DNA of 64,000 nucleotides from Eledone cirrhosa (Eukaryota), in assembly GCA_964016885.1 (NCBI GenBank), contig OZ024763.1, positions 6,014,001 through 6,078,000 of the forward strand, given 5' to 3'. A program made the translations under genes and the position numbers. Below the pieces are notes generated by a model, which saw only the letters and a list, made by a program, of their open reading frames with translations, searched no databases and was not told the DNA's origin. The stretch's first letter is position 1. Each line of letters starts with the position of its first letter. Shown piece by piece: positions 13,222 through 25,714 of the stretch.

Positions 13222-13500
13222 GAGGTGCATGGCCTAGTGTTTGGGACTTAAGATCATAATGTCATTGGCTCAATTACTGGGCTGGGTTACGTGTTGTGTT
13301 CTTGAGCAAAACACTTTATTTCACATTGCTCCAGTATACTCAGCTGAAAATGAGTACCCCCAGCAATACTGGGGGTTTAACCCTGCGATGGACTAGCATC
13401 ATATCCAGGGGAAAGTCTTGTCTTCTCAGTCGATTCACACGACAAAACTGGGATGAGCACCAGCCTAACGAGCCTTCTGGCTTTTGACATAGTTTAGACT
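13222..13500 (+). mobile_element. tRNA-derived SINE with Meta-type core (copies at 41285-41582 plus, 60025-60322 minus, partial 40318-40436 plus)
   Basis: Head tggcctagtg..., tgtgttcttgagcaaaacactttatttcac, core aaccctgcgatggactagcat...ccagggg...gaaactgggat.agcacc.gcct.a.gagcc. Confidence 0.8.
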
Positions 13501-13761
13501 TTAGACTGATGAAAGGGGTCAGTGACCCTGGATGGGGATGTTGGCCCACTTGAGGAACTGACAGCTTTCACCAGCTGAGCCAAGGTATCAATCTGTTTTC
13601 AAAAGGAACATTAGATAAATGTTTCTACTTTAGGCACAAGGCCAGCAATTACCCAGTGCATTACTGGTACTTTATTTTATCGACCCCGTAAGGATGAAAG
13701 GCAAAGTCAACCTCGGTGGGATTTGAACTCAGATCGTAAAGGGACGTAACTATGCTGGAAA

Positions 13762-14074
13762 GCATGGCGTCCGACCCTCTACCGATACTGCCAATCCACC
13801 GCCCTAGCATGGTGTCTGACCCTCTACCGATACTGCCAATCCACCATCCTCACATGGCATCCGACCCTCTACCGATACTGCCAATCCACCACCCTCACAT
13901 GGCGTCCGACCCTCTACCGATACTGCCAATCCACCGCCCTAACATGGCATCCAACCCTCTACCGATACTGCCAATCCACCGCCCTAGCATGGCATCCGAC
14001 CCTCTACCGATACTGCCAATCCACCGCCCTAGCATGGCATCCGACCCTCTACCGATACTGCCAATCCACCGCCC
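13762..14074 (-). repeat. 45-bp tandem repeat (7 copies) of a SINE 5' head
   Basis: gcatggcgtccgaccctctaccgatactgccaatccaccgcccta is the reverse complement of the SINE head seen at 307-351 and is contiguous with the SINE at 13619-13806. Confidence 0.93.
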
Positions 14075-14177
14075 TGTTAGGTCCCAAGTCACAGATTTGT
14101 GTTGCACTAATGTTTCATTAAATCCTGAAAAATGGTACGTCCAGGTGTGCTGTGTAGGTGGAAATGGCTGTGATGGT

Positions 14178-14237
<60 letters not shown>

Positions 14238-14404
14238 TATATATATATATATATAAATCAGCACCATATGGTGTGCTATTCATTGTATAACCTAGTTCAG
14301 CTGAAACCAAGGACACAATATTGATTTCTTAGTGTATAATGTCCAACTTTAAATAGGTGTATATGTCTGTATATGTATATATATATATATATATGTAAAT
14401 AAAT

Positions 14405-14435
<31 letters not shown>

Positions 14436-14869
14436 AATATATATATATAAGAAACTTAGCAACAGCATAAAAACACCTGTGTTCTCTCTCTCTCTCTCTC
14501 CCTACCTCTCTCTCTCTCCCTACCTCTTTCTCTCTACCTCTTTCTCTCTACCTCTTTCTCTATACCTTTCTCTCTCTCTCTTTCTCTCTGTACTTCTCAT
14601 AATGACATAATTGCAATGTCAGTATTATTGGTGATGATGATGATGATGATGATGATTAAGATTAAGATGATGGTGATGATGATGGTGATGGTAATGATGA
14701 TAATTATGATAATGGTGGTGATGTTGATGGTACTGGTAATAATAATAATGGTGGTGGTGGCAGTTATGAGGTTGATAATGATGCTGGTGATGATGTTTAT
14801 GATGTTGCTAGGCATAACTACAAAAATATCAACATTAACAGCAATATATATGTATATATGAGTCCCAGG

Positions 14870-14995
14870 TTCAATCAGGGGTAACCACAGTAAGGTACTC
14901 AATACATTACGAGAGTAAACACAACAAAATTTAATATGATGAGTTCCTTCAAATGAAACAATTCTAGTCCTGTAGAAGCCATTTCTATATCAAAA
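14870..14995 (+). repeat. Unclassified short interspersed repeat (second copy 36880-36995)
   Basis: gagtccc.ggttcaatcagg.gtaaccacagtaaggtactcaataca...ttctagtcctgtagaagccatt at both sites, each flanked by (TA)n. Confidence 0.75.
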
Positions 14996-14999
14996 TTTG

Positions 15000-15044
<45 letters not shown>

Positions 15045-15115
15045 CACATATATAACAATATATATTATATAACAGCATGTATCTATCTATCTACATCTCT
15101 CTCCCCCCCCTCTCC

Positions 15116-15148
<33 letters not shown>

Positions 15149-15377
15149 CAGATTAGAGCAAACATCACGAGCGCTCTATCTCAAAATTATTTTTGAAAAG
15201 CATTAGAAATGCGCAACCAGTAAAAACTTAAAACTAAAACTGAATACTAACCAATACTTATTACTAACCAATACTTATTACTAATTTATACTTATTCCTA
15301 ATTAAACTATTTTTCACTGGGGAAAATTTGTCAGCATTTTCTTTTCCTTTTTACTAATATATATATATATATATACA

Positions 15378-15443
<66 letters not shown>

Positions 15444-15650
15444 CACATATATATATATACACATATATATATATATACACATATATACACACACATATAT
15501 ATACACACATATATACACATATATATACACATATATATACACATACACATATATATACACATATATATACACATATATATACACATATATATACACATAT
15601 ATATACACATATATATACACATATATATACACATATATATACACATATAT

Positions 15651-15691
<41 letters not shown>

Positions 15692-15916
15692 TTTCATTAT
15701 AATACCATTATATATATTTTAAAGGATTGTAAATAAAACGAGTAAATCAGATAAAGTTGGAATTCCTCTTATTAATATAATCTTCTATACACAATCATAC
15801 ACACCCGTGTATATTTACCTATCTATATCTACACATATATATATATATATATACACACATATATATATATATATATACACATATATATATATACACATAT
15901 ACACATATATATATAT

Positions 15917-16017
<101 letters not shown>

Positions 16018-16341
16018 TATACACATATATATATATATGTCATTAGTGTGTGTGTTAGTGAGAGAGAGAGAGTTGGTGGTGGAGTTAATCTGACCATATT
16101 TCCATGGTACCAACAATGTACGAGGTATTCAGTGTTCTTGGTGTTAGTTGTTGTTGTTGTTGTTAATCATACTTTACAGGACAGCAATTAGTTTCAATTA
16201 CCTTGTATCAAGGATGCACTCCTCCACATTATCTCAGTGTGGGTGTGCGTTTGCATCTATGTGTATCTGTACATGCGCATATGTCAATGCATGTACATGT
16301 GTGTCAATGTGTGAGAGTGTGTGTGTCTGTCTGATTGTGTA

Positions 16342-16407
<66 letters not shown>

Positions 16408-16443
16408 CATATACATACACGTATATTGCATTTATAAATGTAC

Positions 16444-16479
<36 letters not shown>

Positions 16480-16610
16480 GTGTGTGTGTGTGTGTGCATG
16501 TGTATCTGTATGAGTGCATGTCTGTCTATATATATATATATATTTGTATGTGTGTATGTGTATGTGTGTGTGTGTGTGTATGTGTGTGTGTGTCTGTATG
16601 AGTGCATGTC

Positions 16611-16645
<35 letters not shown>

Positions 16646-16970
16646 ATATGTGTGTGTGTGCATGTGTGTGAGTATGTGTGTATGTGTGTGTCTATATATA
16701 TATATATATTTGTATATGTGTGTGTGTGTGCATGTGTGTATGTGTGTGTGCATGTGTGTATGTGTGTGTAGATATAAAAACACTCCACTAAGCTATATAA
16801 AAGCCAAAGCTTTAAGTTATCCAGTCCATTGATCAAACAGTTATGAAGACTCCACCCACAGGTGTAAGACAGGTGTAAGACAGGAGTACACACACACTTA
16901 GCAATGGTGGTCAGATCAGAAGGAAGTATAATAATGAATCCAGTTCCAGGGTGAAACTGCAATTTTGAGG

Positions 16971-17008
<38 letters not shown>

Positions 17009-17409
17009 ATAATAATAAATTTGAAGACTAAAATCCAAAGAGGGCTCGATAAGGATAAATATATATATTGTTATACTTTGGGAGGGTCATGCTGCCAATA
17101 AAAACACACGCATGTATGTATGCATGTATGTATATGTGTGTGTGTGTGTGTGTATGTAAAAGGTTAACAGTAATAACAACACAATCAGTATAGTACATGG
17201 AAGGAATATATTAGTTTAAAGCTTGAAATAGCAGGAAGAGGGTATTAACGTTTCAGACGCTAGTCCTTCATCAGAAGAAAGAATGAGAAATTAAAAAGAA
17301 TGAAGGGACAAGCAGGGCAGAATCGGAAAAAATGTTTTTAGAAAAAAATAACAGGTCCATTAATGTTGCCAACTCTTGGAAAATTGTTGATGCTAGCGTT
17401 TTGTGTATG

Positions 17410-17473
<64 letters not shown>

Positions 17474-17478
<5 letters not shown>

Positions 17479-17682
17479 GTTGAAAAGGTAACACACCAGA
17501 GAGAGATATACAGTGCGCTATCAATAAAACAGGGAAAAAAAACCCACCAGTGTATGGAATCTATAACCTATGAAAGGCAGACTATAAACACGATAATTAA
17601 AAATATAAATTAATTTTTTCCCTGTTTTATTGATAGCGCACTGTATATCTCTCTCTCTGGTGTGTTACCTTTTCAACATATT
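17474..17682. repeat. Inverted repeat, ~68-bp near-perfect arms
   Basis: aatatgttgaaaaggtaacacaccagagagagatatacagtgcgctatcaataaaacagggaaaaaa and its reverse complement at ~17614-17682. Confidence 0.92.
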
Positions 17683-17776
17683 GTATTCTAAAGAGCTCAG
17701 GACTTCTCCTTTGAGCTCATTATTTACAGGGAATAGCGAGGGCCTATGGCTCCGTTAATTTATCGTGATATATATA

Positions 17777-18420
17777 TATGGATGTGTAACAGTAATATAC
17801 GTGAACGACAAAGCATAAATGAATTGAGAGAGAGACTGAACATAAGAGGAATCAAATGCTGTGTGCAGGAGAGGCGGTTGCGCTGGTATGGACATGTGAT
17901 GCGTATGAAGGATGACAGCTGCATAAAAAGGTGCAGAGCACTAGAAGTTAATGGAAACCGCGGAGTGGGGAGACCCAAGATGACCTGGGATGAGGTGATA
18001 AAAGCCGACCTTACCCAATTACACCTCTCAAAGGCAATGACACACGACCGTGACCTCTGGCGTCACGCAGTAATACAGAGTACCCGACCTCCCATGGGTA
18101 CAAGCTGAAGCATATAGACAATATGCCCCCACTCCCCCCACCGCAAGGTGGTCGTGGAGGTGCCACGGCAAAAAAGCACCCAGCCCACACTGTAAAGTGG
18201 ACGTGTAGGCGCCACGAAAAAGCACCCAGCACTCACTGTAAATGAGGTTGGTGTTAGGAAGGGCATCCAGCTGTAGAAATCAAGCCAGAATCAGTTCCTG
18301 TATGAGCAAGGCATGGTCAGCCGACCAGACACTGCCCACAACAGGACAACCCGTCTAACCCATGCTAGCGTGGAAGAACGGACGTAAAACGGTGATGATG
18401 ATGATGATGATGATGATGAT
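17777..18420 (+). mobile_element. RTE LINE 3' fragment, same family as 22354-24068
   Basis: [20 protein letters not shown]...TRPPMGTS* plus a near-identical 3' UTR and (GAT)n tail. Confidence 0.95.
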
Positions 18421-19420
18421 ATTCATTAGTTAAGCAAAACAAGACCACAAACTTCACAAGGAAGACATTATTAAAAGATTGTCAACATATTTTAGTTTGA
18501 TGTAAGGAATGTAGAGAATAATAATAATAATAATATTATTAATAATTGTTTCTACTTTAGGCACAAGGCCAGCAATTACCCAGTGTATTACTGGTACTTT
18601 ATTTTATCGAATGTCTGTTTAGAATTGTTTCGCTACTCCATATAATATTTCTGGGTCAGATGAGTATATATCATTATTGATCTGGTTCAGCTGAAAATAA
18701 TTAACATATTGAAAAACAGAGCGGTTCATCGGAACTTCAAAGGAATATAAATTAAAATAAGGAGAGAATGTTACATAATGTCATGTTCCATATATTGGTA
18801 TTTCACTATGGTGTCCTGGTTGTATTAGTTGTCAGCCATAGTCAAGCAGTATTCATCTGTTGAGGCTGCATTGTGTGAGTTCTGCCTATGGGTAACAAGA
18901 TGGCTGCCAAAGGACATATTTACCTTACTAATTAGAGGGAGGTTTCAGGGGAAGTAACTCCTCGAGAGATTAGAAATTGTGAAATACCAATATATGGAAC
19001 ATGACATTATGTAACATTCTCTCCTTATTTTAATTTATATTCCTTTGAAGTTCCGATGAACAGCTCTGTTTTTAAATATGTTAATTATTTTCAACTGAAC
19101 CAGATCAATAATGATATATACTCATCTGATCCAGAAATATTATATGGAGTAGCGAAACAATTGTAAACGGACATTATTATTATTAATATTCAAATCCCGC
19201 CGAGGTTGACTTTGCCTTTCATCCTTACGGGGTCGATAAAATAAAGTACCAGTAATACACTGGGTAATTTCTGGCCTTGTGCCAATAGTAGAAACAATTA
19301 TTATTAATATTATTATTATTATTCTCTACATTCCTTACATCAAACTAAAATATGTTGACAATCTTTTAATAATGTCTTCCTTGGGAAATGTGTGGTCTTG
19401 TTTTGCTTAACTAATGAATA
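18419..19420. repeat. ~1-kb foldback: inverted arms 18419-18806 and 18979-19420 around a ~170-bp spacer
   Basis: Arms are reverse complements with few substitutions. Both contain the same SINE 3' piece; the right arm has ~60 extra nt of it. Confidence 0.95.
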
Positions 19421-19603
19421 TTTCCAGCTCTGCGCGCCTAACTTCTGCATGAACCCAGCCACCTAGCTGCTTTCTACTGCATATTGCACATTGAGCACAT
19501 GCCTTTACGCTTTGGCTTCTAACTAATTCACCAATCTCTCCTCTCCTATCTCCTCTTCTATCTCCATCTCTCTCTTTAAGATTGGTTACTCTTGAACTGT
19601 GTG

Positions 19604-19657
<54 letters not shown>

Positions 19658-19823
19658 GTAGTTTAGAAAGCCACAACAATGCAGATGGGAAATCTCAAGG
19701 TAAGAAGTGAGAAATAGGAGAAAATGAAAACAAAACAAAGGTAGAAGGGTTACCGTAGTGGAGATTTAATCCCAATATTTCGGGCTCACGCCCATCAACG
19801 GGGGAGAGTTCCAAAAGGGGGGG

Positions 19824-19923
<100 letters not shown>

Positions 19924-20285
19924 GTCCCGTAACTCCTGATAGAATCATAGCGGTGGTGTATTGAGATACAACGTTTCTAGGGCATTCTAAGCCTGGCAGA
20001 GCCCTTTCCTCTCCAAACCTGAGTACAGAAGATTTCTTCCAGAGAAAGATAGTAAGTGAGAGAGAGGAAATGAGAAAGAGATATAGAGGAAGAATCGACC
20101 CCAGTATTAGACTGGTACTTTGTTTATCGACCTCAGCGGTATTTGAACTCCGAGAGCAGAGAGTCTGAACCAGAAAACATTCTATCTGACATCCTACGCC
20201 TTATATATATGGCTTTGTTGTAGTAACTGGCCATAATAATTATATTTAAACTTATCCTACCGACATTCTATTGAGGCACCAGCAC

Positions 20286-20323
<38 letters not shown>

Positions 20324-20325
<2 letters not shown>

Positions 20326-20660
20326 AAGGCGGGTAAAATTTCCGAGATCCATGGACGAGTTCTCTCCAGCGGTCTCTGTCCCTCATTATCGCTGCCATAT
20401 CCTGCATCTCCAACAGACCAGTGTCTGTCCGTAGGGCATCAACATTAGGGCATCAACATTAGGGCTCTGAACATTAATCAGTATACACTGAGGATGAAAA
20501 ACTCAGAGCTGTATGGGAGCATCCCAATAGTCAGCTCAAAAGTGACACAGAGGAGACTGAGGTTGGCTGGACATGCTCACCGACATCCAGAGTTGACATT
20601 GCACTCAGTGCTCCTTTGGGAGCCCCTACATGGACACACTAGAAGAGGAAGACCAAGGTT

Positions 20661-20667
<7 letters not shown>
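20324..20667 (-). mobile_element. RTE-like LINE (third family, (TA)n tail) with inverted 5' segment
   Basis: 20463-20667 (+) encodes ALNINQYTLRMKNSELYG...RRLRLAGH...RGRPRLTY. 20324-20445 (-) encodes the direct continuation VDALRTDTGLLEMQDMAAIMRDRDRWRELVHGSRKFYPP*. Confidence 0.9.
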
Positions 20668-20706
<39 letters not shown>

Positions 20707-21049
20707 CAATAATATATAATAATATAATATATATAGGTTGAAGTACAATGAATACAAAAAAAGACAAGATTCTCCATTGTTCAACCATTTATATGAGACT
20801 CTATAGTTCTTTGAATACTCAACAACAGATAATATGGTACCATTCTTCCACAAAAAGACCGTATGTAAGTGAGATACAGACCGCTCGGACTGTCTGGGAG
20901 GTCAATAGCCTCACTTCAGTACAGACTTGGTCTATCTAGACATGTCCAACCCTTGCTACCAGGGACAGTGGCTAAGTGATGAAGAGATTTTACTTTCTGT
21001 TGAGGAGATATTCATATCAGCACTACACTGAGGTCTAACACATAATACC

Positions 21050-21830
21050 TCTGTTGACAACAAAAGGAGTTTACGCTAGGAGAAAAAGGGTTGATGCCAG
21101 CATGTGATAACAGTGAGACTTGGGTAGTAAATGCTGAGGATATATGGAGGCTGGAGAGAAATAGAGTGAGCATGCTCTGTTGGATGTGCAATGTTAGTGT
21201 GTATGAACAATGGGGCAAAGATGAACTGTGACGAAAGCTGGGCAAGAGGAATCAGATGTAGTGTGATGGAGAGAAGACTGCACTGGTATAGACATGTGAT
21301 TTGTGTGGATGATGATTGTTGGACGACGAATTGCCAGGAGTTCCCAGTGGAAGGAAGCTGCAGTAGAGGAAGACCAAGGAAGACCTAGGTAAGAGGAATC
21401 AGATGTAGTGTGATGGAGAGAAGACTGCACTGGTGTAGGCATGTGATTTGTATGGATGATGATTGTTGGACGACGAATTGCCAGGAGATCCCAGTGGAAG
21501 GAAGCTGCAGTAGAGGAAGACCAAGGAAGACCTAGGTAAGAGGAATCAGATGTAGTGTGAAGGAGAGAAGACTGCACTGGTGTGGACATGTGATGTGTAT
21601 GGATGATGATTGTTGGACGACGAATTGCCAGGAGTTCCCAGTGGAAGGAAACTGCAGTAGAGGAAGACCAAGGAAGACATAGAGGGATGTGGTAAGTGTT
21701 GATCACAAATTGCTGAACCTTAAAGAGGAGATGACGAAGGAATACAAGAAATAGAGGGGATGCCATGGTGTAAAAAATTAAGACCTGTCCAACCCAAGCA
21801 AGCATGGAGAAGCAATGATGATGATGATGG
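21050..21830 (+). mobile_element. Degenerate RTE 3' fragment with internal ~146-bp triplication
   Basis: The RGIRCSVMERRLHW..HV...RGRPRKT segment occurs three times (~21243, 21390, 21537) before the RTE tail. A further short RTE 3' end lies at ~20840-20985. Confidence 0.9.
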
Positions 21831-22215
21831 TATTGGTGTTGGTGATGATGATGATGATGATGGTACTGATGATGACAGTGATAATAAGGATGATGATGAT
21901 GATGATGGTGTTGATATTGGTGTTGATGATAACGGCAGTGATGATGATGATGATAATGTTGGTGATGATGGTGTTGGTGTTGGTGATGATGGCAGTGGTG
22001 ACAAGGATGATGATGATGGTGGTGACAACAATGGTGATGATGATGATGATGATGATATGCAGAGCACTCTACCCAGTCAAGTCTATTAAACCTGGAAACA
22101 TCTACAGTCCTCTATAGAATGTTTCTCTCACAGTTCCACTTGTGTTGGAGTTAGACAGAATAATGGTGTACTGTTAATAACAATGGTGTATGTATACATA
22201 CATACATATATATAT

Positions 22216-22247
<32 letters not shown>

Positions 22248-22275
22248 GTATGTATATACATATATATATATACAC

Positions 22276-22316
<41 letters not shown>

Positions 22317-22353
22317 TATATGTATATATACATATATATATACACATATATGT

Positions 22354-24068
22354 ATCATCATCATCATCATCATCATCACCGTTTTACGTCCGTTCTTCCA
22401 CGCTAGCATGGGTTAGACGGGTTGTCCTGTTGTGGGCAGTGTCTGGTCGGCTGACCATGCCTTGCTCATACAGGAACTGATCTGGCTTGATTTCTACAGC
22501 TGGATGCCCTTCCTAACACCAACCTCATTTACAGTGAGTGCTGGGTGCTTTTTCGTGGCGCCTACATGTCCACTTTACAGTGTGGGCTGGGTGCTTTTTT
22601 GCCGTGGCACCTCCACGACCACCTTGCGGTGGGGGGGGGGGGGGCATATTGTTTATATGCTTCAGCATGTACCCATGGGAGGTCGGGTACCCTGTATTAC
22701 TGCGTGACGCCAGAAGTCACGGTCGTGTGTCATTGACTTTGGGAGGTGTAGTTGGGTAAGGTCGGCTTTTATCACCTCATCCCAAGTCATCTTGGGTCTC
22801 CCCACTCCGCGGTTTCCATCAACTTCTAGTGCTCTGCACCTTTTTATGCAGCTGTCATCCTTCATACGCATCACATGTCCATACCAACGCAACCGCCTCT
22901 CCTGCACGCAGCATTTGATTCCTCTTATGCTCAGTCTCTCTCTCAATTCATTTATGCTTTGTCGTTCACGTATATTACTGTTACACATCCATCGGAGCAT
23001 GCAGGCTTCGTTTCTCTCTAATCTACGTAAGTCTTCCACCTTCAGCGCCCAGGTCTCACTACCATGCAACATCGCTGTTCGGATACACGCATCATACAGT
23101 CTGCCTTTCATTCTGAGGGAGAAGCCTTTTGCAGCTAGCAGTGGTAGTAGTTCCCTAAACTTCTTCCATCCCGTTCTTACCCTAGTTATTGTACTTTCTG
23201 AGCACCCACCTCCGTTGCTAATTCGGTCACCTAGGTAGCAGAAGCTGTCTACTGTTTCTACAGGGCCCTCCCAGAGATTGGTGGTACTTGTTTCCTGTGG
23301 CTGTTTGCTTGCTGTTTCAGCACAGCTGCTGCATGTGAATCCTACATTCTTAATTAAGCTTCCTGAGATCCCGCTACATCTCTTGTGTACCCATTGTTTG
23401 CATTTGGGGCAAAGAATGGAGTTCCTACCTACACCTTTCCTACATACTGAGCAAGGCCATTTCCCTGAGGGGATCTGGGTTCTGTTTTCTCGTCTACTTA
23501 TAAGGACCTTAGTCTTTGTCATGTTGACTTTGAGGCCCTTTCTCTCTAGTCCCTGCTTCCAGGTTTGGAATTTATTCTCTAGTTCTACCATAGATTCAGC
23601 TATGAGTGCGAGGTCATCAGCATACAGGAGTTCCCATGGGCATCCGGTTTTAAACTCCTCCGTTATTGCCTGCAGGACTATGATGAACAGGAGAGGGCTA
23701 AGAACAGAGCCCTGGTGGACCCCAACCTGTACGCTAAATTCCTCGCTATACTCATTGCCAATCCTAACTTTGCTGACTGCTCCCCTATACATGGCTTGTA
23801 CCGCTTTCACAAGCCATTCATCTACTCCTAGTTTTCTAAGAGCCCACCAGATTACTGCACGTGGAACTCTGTCAAAGGCTTTCTCAAGGTCGACAAATGC
23901 CAAGTAGAGTGGCTTACTTTTAGCTAGGTACTTTTCCTGTAATTGCCTCACAAGGAAGAGCGCATCAGTGGTGCCTTTCCCTGGAACAAACCCAAATTGC
24001 ATCTCGTCTATATTCACCCGGTCCCTAATCAGCTGTGCTATAACTCTTTCTGTTACTTTCATGACCTG
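22354..24068 (-). mobile_element. RTE-clade LINE, 5'-truncated young copy; open ORF2 (RT + PHD-like zinc finger) 22662-24068, 3' UTR and (GAT)n tail
   Basis: [71 protein letters not shown] motifs, with no stop over ~470 codons. Confidence 0.97.
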
Positions 24069-24456
24069 GTATACATATATATATACACACACGCATATAC
24101 ACATATATATACACACACGCATATACACATATATATACACACGTATATATATATATATATATATATCTATATGTGTATATACATATATATATACACATAT
24201 ATATACACATATACATATATATATACATATATACACATATATATATATACACACATATATATACATATATATATACCCATATATATATATACACACATAT
24301 ATATACATATATATATACCCATATACATATATACACACATATATATACATATATATATACCCATATACTGTATATACACATATATATATATACATATATA
24401 TACACACATATATATATACACATTATATATATATATGTGTATATATATATATATAT

Positions 24457-24497
<41 letters not shown>

Positions 24498-24759
24498 CAT
24501 ACACATATATATATATACATACATACACATATATATATATACATACATACACATATATATATATACATACATACACATATATATATATACATACATACAC
24601 ATATATATATATACATACATACACATATATATACATACATACATACACATATATATACATACATACATACACATATATATACATACATACATATACATAT
24701 ATATATATACATATATATATACATACATACATATACATATATATATACATACATATACA

Positions 24760-24791
<32 letters not shown>

Positions 24792-24863
24792 CATATACAT
24801 ATATATACATACATACATATACATACATACATACATACATACATACATACATACATACATACA

Positions 24864-24899
<36 letters not shown>

Positions 24900-24935
24900 C
24901 ATACATACATATATATACATACATATGTACATACA

Positions 24936-24976
<41 letters not shown>

Positions 24977-25118
24977 ATATATGAGGGGGTCTGTGTGTAT
25001 GTATGTGTCTGTATATATATATATATATGTATATGTGAGGGGGGGGGGGGGTCTCTGTAGATTTGTCATTGATAGTTACATAATTCCAGTTGTTCAAAGG
25101 ATAAAGGCAACAGGAAAA

Positions 25119-25161
<43 letters not shown>

Positions 25162-25274
25162 TGTTTTTCTTGTTCCAACCCACGTGCTGAAGCCATTCTG
25201 GAGCACTACCATTGACTCTCTCTCTCTCTCTATCAATATATAGTTGGAGGGCTTTATATATATATAATATATAT

Positions 25275-25710
25275 ATGACCTGGGATGAGGTGATAAAAGC
25301 CGACCTTACCCAACTACACCTCTCAAAGGCGATGACACACGACCGTGACCTCTGGCGTCACGCAGTAATACAGAGTACCCGACCTCCCATAGGTACAAGC
25401 TGAAGCATATAGACAATATGCCCCCACACCCTCCCACTGCAAGGTGGTCGTGGAGGGGCCACGGCAAAGAAGCACCCAGCCCACACTGTAAAGTAGACGT
25501 GTAGGCGCCACGGAAAAAGGCACCCAGCACTCACTGTAAATGAGGTTGGTGTTAGGAAGGGCATCCAGCTGTAGAAATCAAGCCAAATCAGTTCCTGTAT
25601 GAGCAAGGCATGGTCAGCCGACCAGACACTGCCCACAACAGGACAACCCGTCTAACCCATGCTAGCGTGGAAGAACGGACGTAAAACAGTGATGATGATG
25701 ATGATGATAA
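25275..25710 (+). mobile_element. RTE LINE 3' fragment, same family
   Basis: [31 protein letters not shown] plus the same 3' UTR and tail. Confidence 0.95.
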
Positions 25711-25714
25711 TAAT

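Noticed and set aside
21760-22089. Asp/Gly-rich 109-aa ORF resembling a biomineralisation protein
   Set aside because: Expanded, decayed (GAT)n tail of the adjoining RTE; similar tracts at 9863-10198 and 14616-14861.
25160-25200. GLEQEKQ on the minus strand as possible BICDR exon 2 (LEQEK motif)
   Set aside because: Runs straight into microsatellite, no acceptor placed in phase before the motif, and the sequence looks like a SINE 3' end.
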